64,000 nucleotides of DNA from an uncultured Planctomycetota bacterium (lineage in GTDB: Bacteria; Planctomycetota; Planctomycetia; Isosphaerales; Isosphaeraceae). Positions 20,853-32,532 of the stretch are shown piece by piece. Made by a program: the position numbers and the translations under genes. How positions within the stretch are numbered: position 1 is the stretch's first letter; every line of letters starts with the position of its first letter. The notes under the pieces were generated by a model that made no database searches, was not told the DNA's origin, and saw only the letters and a list, made by a program, of their open reading frames with translations. Where the stretch lies: NCBI GenBank assembly GCA_963845755.1, contig CAWJTV010000011.1:640001-704000 (forward strand). The letters are read 5' to 3'.

Positions 20853-20991
20853 CTCGTTCCCACGGTCTCCGTGGGAATGCCGTCCTCGACGCCCCGCGTC
20901 GTCCGACCGGACCGGCGGAGGCGGGAAGGACTCGGGCAGCAGGGACGCAGAGCGTCCCAGACGGCATTCCCACGGGGACCGTGGGAACGAG
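20853..20991. repeat. Inverted pair of CTCGTTCCCACG..CGTGGGAATG repeats
   Basis: CTCGTTCCCACGGTCTCCGTGGGAATGCCGTC...GACGGCATTCCCACGGGGACCGTGGGAACGAG. Confidence 0.8.
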
Positions 20992-21207
20992 ATCCCTCCC
21001 ACCGATCGGGGTATCACACTTCCCGGACGAGATCGCCTGCGGATTGCCGGCATTCCCCCAGGAAAACGACGGCCGGCCTTCACAGATCAGGCCCTTATGT
21101 TAACGCCTATGGGGGCTCGAGGGCACATCACTTCCACAGTAGCATTGCCCAACGGTATCGTCAACCAGGTTCAGGTCAGGAGTCTGCGCCGCGGGGATCG
21201 CCCATCC

Positions 21208-22705
21208 ATGGACACGAAACCACCGAAACGCGGCTGTCTTTGGAAAGTCGGCCTGCCCGTGCTCCTGCTGCTCGCGGCCGTGCTCGGGGCCGTGCTGTAC
21301 GTGAAACGCGGCATCGACCGCCGGCTCGCCGACGCGATCGCCGCGGCCGAACGCGTCGATCCCTACTGGCGGCTCGATGACCTGATGGCCCACCGGGAAC
21401 CGGTGCCCCAGGCGGAGAACTCGGCGGGGGTGTTGTCCGATGCCCTCGTCCTGATCCCCGCAAATTGGGCCGATGTTCCCGGGCCGCAACCCGGTGCGCC
21501 GAATCCTTCTCCTTCGAAGGCGTCGAAAGCCTACGAATTCCTGGACACGACGGCCGCCAACATCCGCCTGGATGACGCGGCGGTCGAACGCACTCCGCGG
21601 AGCGCTGAAGACGACCGGCGACGCGGTCAAGATCGCCCGGAACATCGCGGATTATCGTCGAGGCCGGCATGAGGTGATCATCGGTCCGACGGTCATCGAT
21701 ACGCGCCTCGGGCTGACGCAGGAGGCCCGCGGCGTGGCCCGCCTGATGGCGGTCGACGCGGCGGTCCGCGTCCACGACGGTGATCCCGACGGCGCGCTCG
21801 ACTCGTGCCGCGCGATCCTCGGCGCCGGTCGCTCGATCGGCGACGAGCCGTTCCTGATCTCCCAGCTCGTCCGCTTCGCGATCGGGTCGCTCGCGATGAA
21901 GTCCACGCGGCGCGTCCTGGGCCAGGGCGAGCCGTCCGACGCGGCACTCGCCCGGCTCCAGGCCCTCATCCTCGATGAGCTGGATCAGCCCCTGTTGCTC
22001 CATGGAGTGAAGGGAGAACGGGCCGCGCTCACCGAGCTGCTCCGTCGCCTCCGAGACGGCGAAGTGCCGATGTCCGTACTGAGCCAGGGCGGCGTGAGCA
22101 TAGGTCCCGGCGCCTCGATCTCCGCAGCCAGTCCCTGGGCCACACTCTGGTTTGACCAGCAACGGGCGGTCGCGCTGGAATGGATGAACGACGCCGTGGC
22201 CATCGCGCGGCGGCCCGCGACGGCGCGTCTCGCGCTCTGGCGTGCGTGGGAAACGAAGATCGCCCGGGCCAAGGAGGGCGGGGCCGGCACGTCCTCCGCA
22301 ACGCTCGCGTTCCTGCTCGCGCCGGCCCTTTCCAGCGCGAACGCGGCCTTTTCCCGGTACCAGTGCGAGCTGGGCGCGACGGCCATCCTGCTGGCCGCCG
22401 AGCGCCATCGCCGCAAGACGGGTCAGTGGCCCGCATCGGTCGAGGCCATCGATCGGAGCATCCTGCCGCGTGCGCCGGCCGACCCGTTCTCAGGCCAGGC
22501 GTTCCACATGGAGCACCGGGACGGGCAGCTTTTCATCTATTCGATCGGCCCGAATCGGCAGGACGAGCACGGCGACTACGATCCGAAGAAGTGGACGACG
22601 GGCAGGCCCGATGACGTCGGCGCCATCGCGTGGGACGTGCCCTTGCGCGGGCGAATGACCCCGCCCGAAGACAAGGCATCTCACCCCTCGAAGCCCTCGC
22701 CATGA
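21208..22705 (+). CDS. Hypothetical membrane-anchored helical protein with a pseudopilin/GspG-like C-terminal motif (indel near 21590)
   Basis: MDTKPPKRGCLWKVGLPVLLLLAAVLGAVLY transmembrane segment; C-terminus ILLAAERHRRKTGQWPAS...PADPFSGQ..FIYSIGPNRQDEHG. Confidence 0.65.
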
Positions 22706-22842
22706 TGTTCCCTCATCCCTGAGAGATAGACTATGATTCACGCCGGGCACAAGGGATCGAGTCGAGAGCCGAGTCGCCATCGCGAATCGGAGCACGATTC
22801 GCTCTATAATTTTATCATATTTATATTCGCTGGGAAGGACGC

Positions 22843-23274
22843 ATGGATATCGAAGCCGCACTCCAGGGCGGATTAGAGGGATGGCAGTACCGAGAGCCAC
22901 CCGCCGATCCCACGGTGATCGCGGAGCTTTCCGCCGGGTCTTCGATCGCGCTGCCCGAGGAGTATCTGGCCCTGCTGGGTTTCAGCAATGGCGGCGGCGG
23001 CGAGTTGGGCGTCGAGCCGGGGTGGTTCCAGCTCTGGCCAGCCCAAGAGGTACTGACGTTGAACCGCGATTATGGAATCCCCGGGTTCTTGCCCGGCTTC
23101 TTCGGCTTCGGCTCGAATGGCGGTGGAGAACTGCTGGCCCTCGACCTGCGGAGCGGCCCGCCGTATCCGGTCGTCATGGTCCCCTTCATCCCGATGGACG
23201 CCGATGAGGCCGTGATCATTGCCCACGACTTCGCGGAATTCTTGCACGCCCTCGGTCGGATCTGCCCGGATTGA
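22843..23274 (+). CDS. SMI1/KNR4 (SUKH) family protein
   Basis: PPAD...IAEL.....LPEEYLALLGFSNGG...FGSNGGGELLALD...PVVMVPF. Confidence 0.85.
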   Translation: MDIEAALQGGLEGWQYREPPADPTVIAELSAGSSIALPEEYLALLGFSNGGGGELGVEPGWFQLWPAQEVLTLNRDYGIPGFLPGFFGFGSNGGGELLALDLRSGPPYPVVMVPFIPMDADEAVIIAHDFAEFLHALGRICPD

Positions 23275-23369
23275 GTCAAATGGCGACCCAGGCTCGAACC
23301 GACGGCGACGGCGACTGACTCCCCTGGACTGTTGAGCTAACGACGTTTGGTCCCACCGAGGCCTGGGTC

Positions 23370-24098
23370 ATGCGACAATCCCGCGTGCGGTTCACGATCC
23401 GGGGACTCAAGATCGTCATCGCGGCGATGGCGGGGCTGATGGCGCTCGCGGTCACCTCGCCCGGGCTCGCGATCCTGATTCCGATCCCGTGCCTCGCTCT
23501 GATCGGCTCGTGGTGGCTCGTGCGCCGGGGCCTGCGGCGTGTCGCGGGCATCGGCTTCTGGATGCTTGCGATCGCGATCAACGCCTTGTACACCGTGTGG
23601 TGCATCGCGCCGGGCTACCTCTTAGTCCCTGGCCTGTTCCTGGGATCCTGGGTTCTCGCCATGCCGGCGATCGGCGGCCTGGGAGTAGCCTGGGGCATCC
23701 TCTCGACCCGATCGAGTGCGATCCCCCGGCGCCTCCGAGGGTTGGCCGCGACCTCGGTGGTGCTGCTGACCGCGCTGCCGCTCGTGACGGTCAGCACCCT
23801 CTGGCCGCTCCGGATTGCGTTCCTCACGGCCCGGCCGGGCCTGGAGAGGCTGGCCAACCAGGTCGCCGCCGGGACGACCGTGAGCTTTCCTCAACGGGTC
23901 GGCGTGTTCCAGTTCGCGGGCGCGGGCTTCGATCGACCGTCGGGCAACGTTGGCCTGATGATCGACCCGGATCCGAGTGGGCCCATCGGCTTCGTCCGCA
24001 CCCGTCCCGTTCCATTACCGGCGGAGCGCGACCCGATCCACGGGTCGGACCTCTACGTGGAGCTGGGATGGGGATGGTCGTACCGCGTAGAGGATTGA
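23370..24098 (+). CDS. Hypothetical multi-pass membrane protein
   Basis: N-terminus RVRFTIRGLKIVIAAMA followed by several hydrophobic segments. Confidence 0.65.
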   Translation: MRQSRVRFTIRGLKIVIAAMAGLMALAVTSPGLAILIPIPCLALIGSWWLVRRGLRRVAGIGFWMLAIAINALYTVWCIAPGYLLVPGLFLGSWVLAMPAIGGLGVAWGILSTRSSAIPRRLRGLAATSVVLLTALPLVTVSTLWPLRIAFLTARPGLERLANQVAAGTTVSFPQRVGVFQFAGAGFDRPSGNVGLMIDPDPSGPIGFVRTRPVPLPAERDPIHGSDLYVELGWGWSYRVED

Positions 24099-24307
24099 CG
24101 TCGGGTCATCAAAAGAAAAGAGGAAGCCGGCCTTGCGGAGTCCGCGAGGATAGGGTACAAAAATCCATGTAACGCCCTCTCGCGAACACTCGGGACGAGA
24201 CGATGGACGGAGGGCGTCTCGCGTCTCTTTCGGGCCAGATCGAGGAAGCGATTCTCACCCTGGCGGGGATGTCAACAACTGGGTCGGCTTGGCAAGGAGG
24301 GTTTTCG

Positions 24308-24517
24308 ATGCTGGTGCTCAGCCGCAAGCTTGGTGAACGGATTCTGGTTCCGCACTGCGACCTGACGGTTACCGTCGTCGCGATCGAAGGCAACACGGTC
24401 CGGCTGGGCATCTCGGCGCCGGGAGAGATCCGCGTGTACCGGGAAGAACTCTGGCGACAGATCTGCGCGCAGGCGGCGCCACCCGATACCGTGCCAGCGG
24501 GGGCCGCGAAGGAATGA
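24308..24517 (+). CDS. csrA: Carbon storage regulator CsrA
   Basis: AAGGAGG RBS, then MLVLSRKLGERILV...VTVVAIEGNTVRLGISAPGEIRVYREEL. Confidence 0.92.
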   Translation: MLVLSRKLGERILVPHCDLTVTVVAIEGNTVRLGISAPGEIRVYREELWRQICAQAAPPDTVPAGAAKE

Positions 24518-24719
24518 ATCGAGCATCATGGGCCCGGCTCCTTTCCACCTCACCATGCATCCGCGAGTCGAGCGGTTCCACGAGTGCGCTCCGACGGATC
24601 TCACCGCGTCTCCCCTACGCAGGAAGGCGACCACCGTCGGGACCGCGATGACCTGCGCAGCATCAACTCGCTCCGACGATGGCCGTCGGCCGCGGTGATC
24701 GTCTCACAGGCTCTTTCCG

Positions 24720-24774
24720 AAGGGGGACAGGCACCTCGAAGACTCGGAGCCAGTCCCCGTTTTGAAACAGCCTC
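24720..24774. repeat. Palindromic repeat AGGGGGACAGGCACC...GGAGCCAGTCCCCGTTTTGAAA (intact copy)
   Basis: Imperfect hairpin; its reverse complement matches the element split by the MITE at 50147-50440. Confidence 0.75.
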
Positions 24775-25380
24775 TCACGCGAGGAGAAGGGTTTCGAGCA
24801 AGACCAGAAAGATGATCGCGATCCAGAAGATGCCTAGAATCCGCCCAGCGCGGTCGAGCCAGTCTGGCCGTGGCCGCCAGCGGCCCGTCAGGGCCAGCGT
24901 CAGCCAGACGGCCGCCACCGCCGCCCCGCACTGTCCATGGCCGAAAGCCAGGGCTGAGGCCAGGGTGTCGTGTACCCGCACCCCGAACGGGGCGGCGGGA
25001 GAATACGAGTTGTATGACAGGGCGAGGTTCATCGAGCCGACCAGGGCGATCACCATGGCGACCGCGCAACAGGCCGCGAATCCCGGCTGACGCGCGAGTC
25101 GGCGAAGCGGCGGGCGGAAATGAAGGAGTTCCAGGAGAAGAGCAGTCAGCGTCCAGATCGCAACCATGGGTTGGATGGTGAGGTTGCGTACATCCATCGG
25201 TTGGCCGTTGAGGATCCACCGGGCGAAACGGGCCGCTGCGAGAACGGGACTCCTTTGGATCAGATCCTTGTAGTGGCTCTGAACGAACGGTGGCCAGATC
25301 GGCCAGAGCCAGAAGCTGAGTGCCAGGGCCGCCACCACGATCATCAGGTCGCGCAGCGTGAACTTTCGGCGTTCGGACAT
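24775..25380 (-). CDS. Hypothetical multi-pass membrane protein
   Basis: MSERRKFTLRDLMIVVAALAL...GRWRPRPDWLDRAGRILGIFWI. Confidence 0.7.
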   Translation of the reverse strand: MSERRKFTLRDLMIVVAALALSFWLWPIWPPFVQSHYKDLIQRSPVLAAARFARWILNGQPMDVRNLTIQPMVAIWTLTALLLELLHFRPPLRRLARQPGFAACCAVAMVIALVGSMNLALSYNSYSPAAPFGVRVHDTLASALAFGHGQCGAAVAAVWLTLALTGRWRPRPDWLDRAGRILGIFWIAIIFLVLLETLLLA

Positions 25381-25436
25381 GCGAGGAGCCTCGCTCGGGA
25401 CGCAAACAGGTAGCCGTCGTTGCTGGCCACGCACGC

Positions 25437-26107
25437 TTATGATAGGTTCGCCAGAGCCCCGGGGCAATCGATCCTGAGAGGACACTCCTTGCATCGGGGT
25501 TTCGACCTCTTGCACAGCGCCTGACCATGCTGACGCAGCAACTGATGGGCCTTGATGAGCCAGGGATACGCCCGGACCAACTCGTCCTCGATCGCCTCTT
25601 TCACCAGGCGGTAGGTCATCGCATCGTTCGGCTTCTCCTCGCCGAACCCGAGCCGGACCAACACGCGCAGGCCGTTGGACTCGAGCGCCAGGACGGGCAA
25701 GATCTGATTGAAGAGGAGGATCTTCTCGGCGCCGGGGTCGCCGATCGCGGGGAACCGTTTGAGGGCCTTCCTGGCCTGGGCTGTCGGGCGTTTGAGGACC
25801 GTCCGCAGGTCGCCGTCGAACTCGCGGACGGCGATCTCCGCGGCGCGACAGAGCTTCTCCACGGTGTTCGCGGCCAGGATGCCATGTCCGCCCACCGCGA
25901 TCAATCGGTCTCGCGGTGCGGCCAGGATCCGCTCCGGGGCGATCCCGATTTGCTCACGAAGCATCGTCATCGCCTCCCGTCGTCGGCGAGGTAGGCGACG
26001 TTCTCCCAGATGATCATTTCCCAGGGGTCGGTGACCTCCGGCGGGGCGGGCTCACCGAAGTATGCTTCAAGTCGCTCGATGACTCGCGGTAAGCGAATCG
26101 ACGACAT
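25437..26107 (-). CDS. HhH-GPD / endonuclease III-like base-excision glycosylase (indel near 25975)
   Basis: N-terminus MSSIRLPRVIERLEAYFGEP...DPWEMIIWENVAYLADD; HhH LKRFPAIGDPGAEKILLF; C-terminal [4Fe-4S] motif CKRSKPRCKECPLRIDC. Confidence 0.75.
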
Positions 26108-26324
26108 GGCGGCAAGACCTCATCCCCGAGAACCGGTCGAATCGGACAGCATTGCGTCGCGATTGCAACCCAAACCCAATATCCGGCGGATTCTCCGAAG
26201 CAATAACGCTTGACGCATCATCTTTAAATTTAAAGAGTTACAACGGTATTTCGCGGCCGAATTGCTACTGAATTGGGTCCACATTGCGACTATTGGGTCC
26301 TGCCAAGCAATTGCACCCAATCTT

Positions 26325-27954
26325 TCAGCCTGTCTCCAGTCCACCCGATTTTGGGTACCAGCGAGCTGCCCGGGTGGTTCCCACAAATTGAACCTTTCCG
26401 TCGTCTCTGAGCTCCCTTAGCAGAATCTGCACCTGGCCGCGGCTCAAGGCAGGCAGCACGTCCCTGAGATCCTGCAACGGGCTTCCATCCGTCGCGTTCT
26501 CCTGGATGTGTTTCATCAGCAAGCTCTTGTTGGTCTCACGATCGAGGCCCTTCTTGCGGGTATAGGCGCCCTTCTTCCCGACGAAAGAATAGTAGCGTCG
26601 CGAGAGCATGAGTTTGCCCCGCCCCGCCCGCTCGATCGTGCCGATCTCGAGGAGCCTGTCGATGCGAGGCCGGTAGACATCCGGTACTTTCTCGCCGCGG
26701 GCGACGTAGCCGAGGATCATCCAGTCGGCCGTGGAGAAGCTGGCAAGCTGCTCGTTGCCGACCTTCTCCAGGAACCGGACGAACAAAGGATCCTGGATGG
26801 TCCCGTGCAGTGTGAGGGAGACCTGATATCGGTCGGTATCGGTGAAATCCGGGAGTGGTTTGCTCGCGCGGATCGACTCCTCGAAGATCATATTCATCCC
26901 CTGGCCGGAGCGCTCGACAAGACCACATTTCAGGAAGACGTCGGCGAGTCGCCGGTTTCGCGGAGACTGCCGGTCGAGGATGTTCTCCAGGGTGATCGGG
27001 TAGGGGAGGCCACCGGGGCTGGTGATCTCGATGCGGCGCGGATACTGCCGGACGAAGATGTTCGATCCGAGCTGGTAGTCGCGGTGGCTGACGGCGTTGA
27101 GGATCGCCTCGCGGACCGGCCGTTCGGAGAACGTCGCGATATCCAGGATGAAGAGTCCGTCCTGGTAGTGCTGGAGATCGTTCCGCTGATTGATCGTGTT
27201 CCAGAGATCGTCGTAGAAGCGAAAGAAACCGACGCGGTAATCCTTGCGCCTGGGCGGGGCCGGAAGCGTCGGAGGATCGGTATTCAAAGGTGACCTCGGA
27301 TTGCGCCAGGAACCGGCCCAGCGCCCGGTGGGTCCCGAAGAGGATCAGCGCCGCGTAAGTGAGACGTCCATCGATCACCAACTCGGCATCCGTGAGGAGT
27401 TGCTCGGGCGAGAGCGTCGCGAGGGCGTGGTTGCCGGACTTGTGGATCCAGGGCCGCCGGAACTCCTCGATCGCTTCGAGATCGAGGTCGCTGAGCGTCG
27501 CCTCCTTGCAGATCTCGGCGGAGAAGTCCCGCCCGCCCTCGCCGAAGATCAGGCGGAGTTGCTCTTCTCTCATGGGCACGAGGCGATCCCCATCCCGGCT
27601 CCAGTAGATTCCCTTGTCCGCAATGGGGACGCCGACGGGACGGGACGGGATGTGGAACACCAGCACTGGGCCGTCGGGATGCGGGATCTCATCGAAATCG
27701 ATACGCAAGGGAATCCGGTCGCGAAGGCCCATCAACGTTCGCTCGGGCTGGGCGAATGCGCTCGAGCCAACGACTTGACGGGGTCGCTTGTCCGTGACGC
27801 CGAGAATCACCTTGCCTCCGCCGCTGTTCGCCAGGCTGACGCAGTACTTGACCAGTTCCTCAAAGTCGAAGTGTCTCTTGGCTTCCTTGAATTCGCACTG
27901 CTCCCCTTCCTTGCCTTGCATCCAAGCGTCGAGCTGTTCCACGAGCGTGCTCAT
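26325..27954 (-). CDS. AlbA_2 (Schlafen-like) domain + HATPase_c_4 (RecG C-terminal-like) ATP-binding protein with C-terminal HTH (indel near 27250)
   Basis: EGEQCEFKEA...YCVSLANSGGGKVILGVTD (AlbA_2); VREAILNAVSHRDY, IEITSPGG, RNRRLADVF..CGLVERSGQGM. Confidence 0.85.
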
Positions 27955-28157
27955 GCGTCTCCCGTGTCCCCTGGTTTCTCGATGATCGGCGACTGCGAAC
28001 TTCCGACGATCGGATCGGACACAATCACCGTACCAGCCCCTTGTTGCCGGCTCAACGGGCTATTACAGTCCATGTTAGTGGTCGAAGGCTCCCCGGCCGT
28101 GCACGACACGGGGTGAGGAACCGACCGGAGTGTCTTTTTCTCGAGGGAGGTGACGCG

Positions 28158-29481
28158 ATGTCTCGAACCGGACCGCTCACGAAGACGATGATGAGCCGGC
28201 GCGAGTCGCTCAAGACGATGGCCGCGGCCGGCGTGGCCTGCCTGATGCCGACGATCATCCCGGCCTCCGCGCTGGGCCGGGGCGGTGCCGTCGCGCCGAG
28301 CGAGCGCATCGTGCTCGGGGGTATCGGCCTCGGGCCGCGCGGCGAGTACGACCTCAAGTGGATGCTCCGCGAGAAGGACGTGCAATTCGTCGCGATCTGC
28401 GACGCGCGGAAGGTGCGGCGCGAGGCGATCAAGCAGATCGCCGACAAGCATTACGGCAGCTCCGACTGTCAGATGTATCCCGAGATGAAGGAGTTCCTCG
28501 CGACCCGCGACGACATCGACGCCGTGCTGATCGCGACCGGCGACCGCTGGCATTCGCTGGCGACCATCACGGCGATGCGGGCGGGCAAGGATGTGTACTC
28601 CGAGAAGCCGTCGTGCATGACGATCGCCGAGGGCCGCGAGGTCGTGGAGACCGCCCGGCGGTATGGCCGCATCTACCAGACCGGCACCCAGCGGCTCAGC
28701 GAAGGACCGTTCGTCACCGCCATCGAGCTGGCGCGCTCCGGACGGCTCGGACAGGTGCAAACCGTCCGCGCCCACATCGCGCCCTGGGACGCCGCCGAGA
28801 TGAGCCACGCCTGGCTCCCCGAGGAACCCCAGCCCTCCAAGGACGAAGTCGACTGGGACGCCTGGCTCGGCCCCTGCCCCTGGCGGCCGTACAACTCCAC
28901 TTATGTCAAGGGCGGCTGGCGCGGTCATTACGACTTCCACACCAGTTGCATCGGCGAGTGGGCGCGCACACCTTCCCCCAATCCCAGGCCGGCATCGATG
29001 CGCTGACCACCTCGGCCGTCGAATATCAATACGTGAAGAATGCCACCGGCGACGGCATGGTCGTCAAGTTCGGCAACGGCGTGCAGATGGTCCTGTCGCG
29101 GGGCGACAAGTACTGGCACGGGTCCTGCGGGATGCGGTTCGAGGGGACTGAAGGCTGGGTTGCCTGCGCCGACAGTTACAAGAAGCCCGAGGTGTCCAAG
29201 GACAACCTGCTCGAGGACGGCACCAAGCTGCTGGCCGACTACATGGACCGCACCCAGCGCCCATGAACCACGCGCGCAACTTCTTCGATTGCGTCAAGTC
29301 GCGGCAGCAGACCGTGGCCAACCCGGACGTCATGCACCATTCCATGAGCACCGTTCACGGGGCCAATATCTGCATGTGGCTCAAGCGCGACCTGAAATAC
29401 GACCCGGTGAAGGAAGAGTTCAACGACCCCGAGGCCAACCGGCTGCGCACCCGCCGCCAGCGCGAGCCGTACATTTATTGA
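28158..29481 (+). CDS. Gfo/Idh/MocA oxidoreductase with Tat-like leader (indels near 28960 and 29260)
   Basis: SRRESLK leader; GIGLGPRG, DAVLIATGDRWH, GKDVYSEKP, QTGTQRLS, DWDAWLGPCP; C-terminus NHARNFFDCVKSR...DPEANRLRTR. Confidence 0.88.
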
Positions 29482-29558
29482 ACAGTCGTCAGTAGTCAGT
29501 GAAGACAGCGACCAATTCTGCTACTGCCGACTGCCTACGATTCAAGAGGAACACACCC

Positions 29559-30260
29559 ATGACCCGAACGACACTGAGACTCGCATGCCTCGGCCTGGTC
29601 GCGCCGCTGTTCGTGGCTGGCGCGACGGCCTTTGGACAGGAGACTCGCCCCGCCGCGAATGGGCGGGAGGCCGAGCTGATCGCCGTCTTGAAATCGAGCG
29701 CACCGCTGAAACAGAAGGCGGACGCCTGCCGCGAGCTGTCGCTCGTCGGCACCAAGGAATCCGTTGCGCCGCTGGCCGAGTTGCTCGGCGACGAGAAGAT
29801 CGCACACATGGCCCGGTACGCGCTGGAACCGATCCCGGATCCGGCCGTCGACAAGGCACTGCTCAACGCCCTGGGCAAACTCAAGGGACGCCCCCTGATC
29901 GGAGCGATTGGCAGCCTTGGTGTGCGACGGGACACCGATGCCGTCGGACCGCTGGCCACGCTGTTGAACGACCCCGATGCCGGCGTGGTACAGGCCGCCG
30001 CTCGGGCCCTGGGCAGCATCGGCAGTCTGCCTGCCGTGCAGCTCCTGGAGGACGCCCTGGATAAAGCCCCGGCCGCCAATCATGCGGCAATCGCCGAGGG
30101 TCTGTTCCGCTGTGCTGAGACCCTGACGGCCCACAATGAGCGTGGTGCGGCGATCGCCATCTACGCACGCCTGGATCAGCCGAAACTGCCCAAACCCGTC
30201 CGCGACGGCGCCGCGAGCAAGGCCCGCTTCCTGAGCCGGGAAACCGGGCCGACGTTGTAG
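29559..30260 (+). CDS. Secreted HEAT-repeat protein
   Basis: Signal peptide, then KADACRELSLVG, ARYALEPIP, AAARALGSIG repeats. Confidence 0.8.
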   Translation: MTRTTLRLACLGLVAPLFVAGATAFGQETRPAANGREAELIAVLKSSAPLKQKADACRELSLVGTKESVAPLAELLGDEKIAHMARYALEPIPDPAVDKALLNALGKLKGRPLIGAIGSLGVRRDTDAVGPLATLLNDPDAGVVQAAARALGSIGSLPAVQLLEDALDKAPAANHAAIAEGLFRCAETLTAHNERGAAIAIYARLDQPKLPKPVRDGAASKARFLSRETGPTL

Positions 30261-30395
30261 ATTCGAGGAAGTCTCTCACGGGGCCCTCTGGCCGCGCCCG
30301 AACGAGGGATTCCGGAGTCGAGATTCCGGAGTCTCGAATCTCGTTGCGGCTCCGCCGCGTCGGGTTCCTGGAAAAAGATTAGAGGATTCATTCGT

Positions 30396-31495
30396 ATGTT
30401 GATGAATAGACGCGATGTGCTCCGCCGGACGCTCGCGACGGCAGGCCTGGGCGTCGCCGGCCTCGGATCTCGCCGAGCGAGGGCCGAGGCCCCGCCCCGG
30501 GCGCTGCCCGATGCGACACCCCAGCATCTACCGCGCTGGCGCGGGTTCAACCTGCTCGACAAGTTCATGGTCAACTCGCAGAAGCCGTTCGTGGAGCGAG
30601 ACTTCGCGGATATCGCCGAGCTGGGCTTCGACTTCGTCCGGCTGCCGCTGGATTACCGATGCTGGACCGACCCGGCGAAACCACGCGATCTGAAAGAGCC
30701 GATCCTCAAGGAGATCGACCAGGCGGTCGAGTTCGGGCAGAAGCATGGGATTCACGTCCAGCTCAACTTCCACCGAGCGCCGGGGTTCACGGTCGCCAGG
30801 CCGGCGGAGCCGAAGTCGCTCTGGACCGACCCGGAGATCCTCGAGGTCTGCGCCACCATTGGGCGAGCTTCGCGGCGCGATATCAAGGCATCCCGAACAA
30901 CCGGGTCAGCTTCAACCTGTTCAATGAGCCCGACGACAAGGTCAAACCGGACGAGCACCGCCGGGCGGTCGAACGCGTGGCCGGTGCGATCCGCGAGCGC
31001 GATCCGGACCGATTGATCGTCTGCGACGGCCGCGCCTGGGGCACCAAGCCGCCCGAGGAGCTGCTCGGCCTGAAGGTCGCGGCGGCGATGCACGACTACA
31101 CCCCGATGCCGCTGACCCATTACAAGGCGTCGTGGGCCAACTGGGACGAGAGCTGGCCCGAGCCGATCTGGCCGCTCAAGACGAACGATAATAAGTACAT
31201 CACCCGCAAGACCATCGCCCTGGACGTGATCAAGCCCTGGAAGGACTTCGAGGCCAAGGGCGTGGGCGTGATGGTGGGCGAGTTCGGCTGCCATAACATG
31301 GCGCCGCACCGGTTCGTCCTCTCCTGGATGCACGACACGCTCGAGGAGATCAAGAAGGCCGGCTTCGGCTGGGCCCTGTGGAACTTCACCGGGAGCTTCG
31401 GCATCTGCGACAGCGGCCGGTACGACATCGCCTACGAGACCTGGCACGGCCGCCAGCTCGACCGGGCCATGCTCGAGGTGCTCCAGGCGGGGTGA
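30396..31495 (+). CDS. Glycoside hydrolase family 5 (cellulase family) with Tat signal (indel near 30855)
   Basis: NRRDVL Tat motif; WRGFNL, GFDFVRLP, HVQLNFH, catalytic FNEP and GEFG, GWALWNF. Confidence 0.88.
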
Positions 31496-31622
31496 CCCGG
31501 TGCCCGGCCGCTTCGTGTCCGAATCGAGACGGTGCGGGACCACCGAGGAACGGTCTGCGAACGTCCGGTGATGCCTCTCGGACGCCGTTCGGCCCGGTAT
31601 CGTCCTTTTCCCTCGGATGCGA

Positions 31623-32532
31623 TCAAGCCCGGGTCAATCCGACGGTGATCGCCCGGTGGAGGGCGCGGAACTTGGAGGTGAGCCTCTGGATCTTGAAGTC
31701 GAGCCACCGCGCCAACGCCCCCATCCGACCCGTCCTCGCGATCCACTGCTGCTCGCGTTTTTGCCTGGCCGTGCTGCTCCGCTCTTGCCAGGGGAATTGT
31801 CGGGGGATGGTTCGCCGTCGTCCCCGTATGCCGAAAATGAGGACATAGGCGAAGCGAGGTCGATCCGAGCGGTTGGGGCCCGCCGAGTGCAATGTCATCC
31901 CATCGTGGAGTGAGACACCTCCGGCCGGAAAGGGGCAGGCGACGGCCTCGATCGGATCGAATCCTTCGACGCACTCCAGTCCGTGCAGCCGCGGGTCGGC
32001 CTTGGCCGGTCGATGAGGCAGGACCTCCCCGAGGTGGCTGCGGGATGAAGTGCAGGCAGCCATTAGCGATGGTCGCCTCCTGAAGGGGGAGCCAGAAGCT
32101 GACCGCCTCGGAGTCATAGCGCGGATCGCCGAAGGCCGCGTCCTGGTGCCAGGGTGTCGATTCTTCTCCATGTGCAGGCTTGAGCAGCGCCATGGTCGAT
32201 AAGGAACTCTACGTCCGGTCCGAATAACTGCGCACGACGATCTCGGCCCGGGCCAGGAACTGGGCCCTGCGCAGTTCGGGGACGAGGCGTGACGGATGCA
32301 GGATCTGCGGAATCAAGGGTGGACTGTCATCCTCGTCGATCCCGACGAGGTCCAGGTGGTACCCGCGGTCGCGACCGGCTCGCTCCGCAAATAGCTTGGC
32401 GAAGATGCGCCGGAGACGCGCCAACTCCTCCGGGTCGGCGAACTGGTCGATCGTCAAGTAACCGTTCTCGCGATAGGACGCGATCTGGTCCGGACTCAAG
32501 GCCAGACCACATGGCCGTCTCGGCTTCAGCAT
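31623..32532 (-). CDS. Phytanoyl-CoA dioxygenase (PhyH)-family Fe(II)/2OG oxygenase (indels near 32220 and 32035)
   Basis: LSPDQIASYRENGYL; TPWHQDAAF; SFWLPLQEATIANGCLHFIP; LHDGMTLHSAGPNRSDRPR. Confidence 0.85.
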
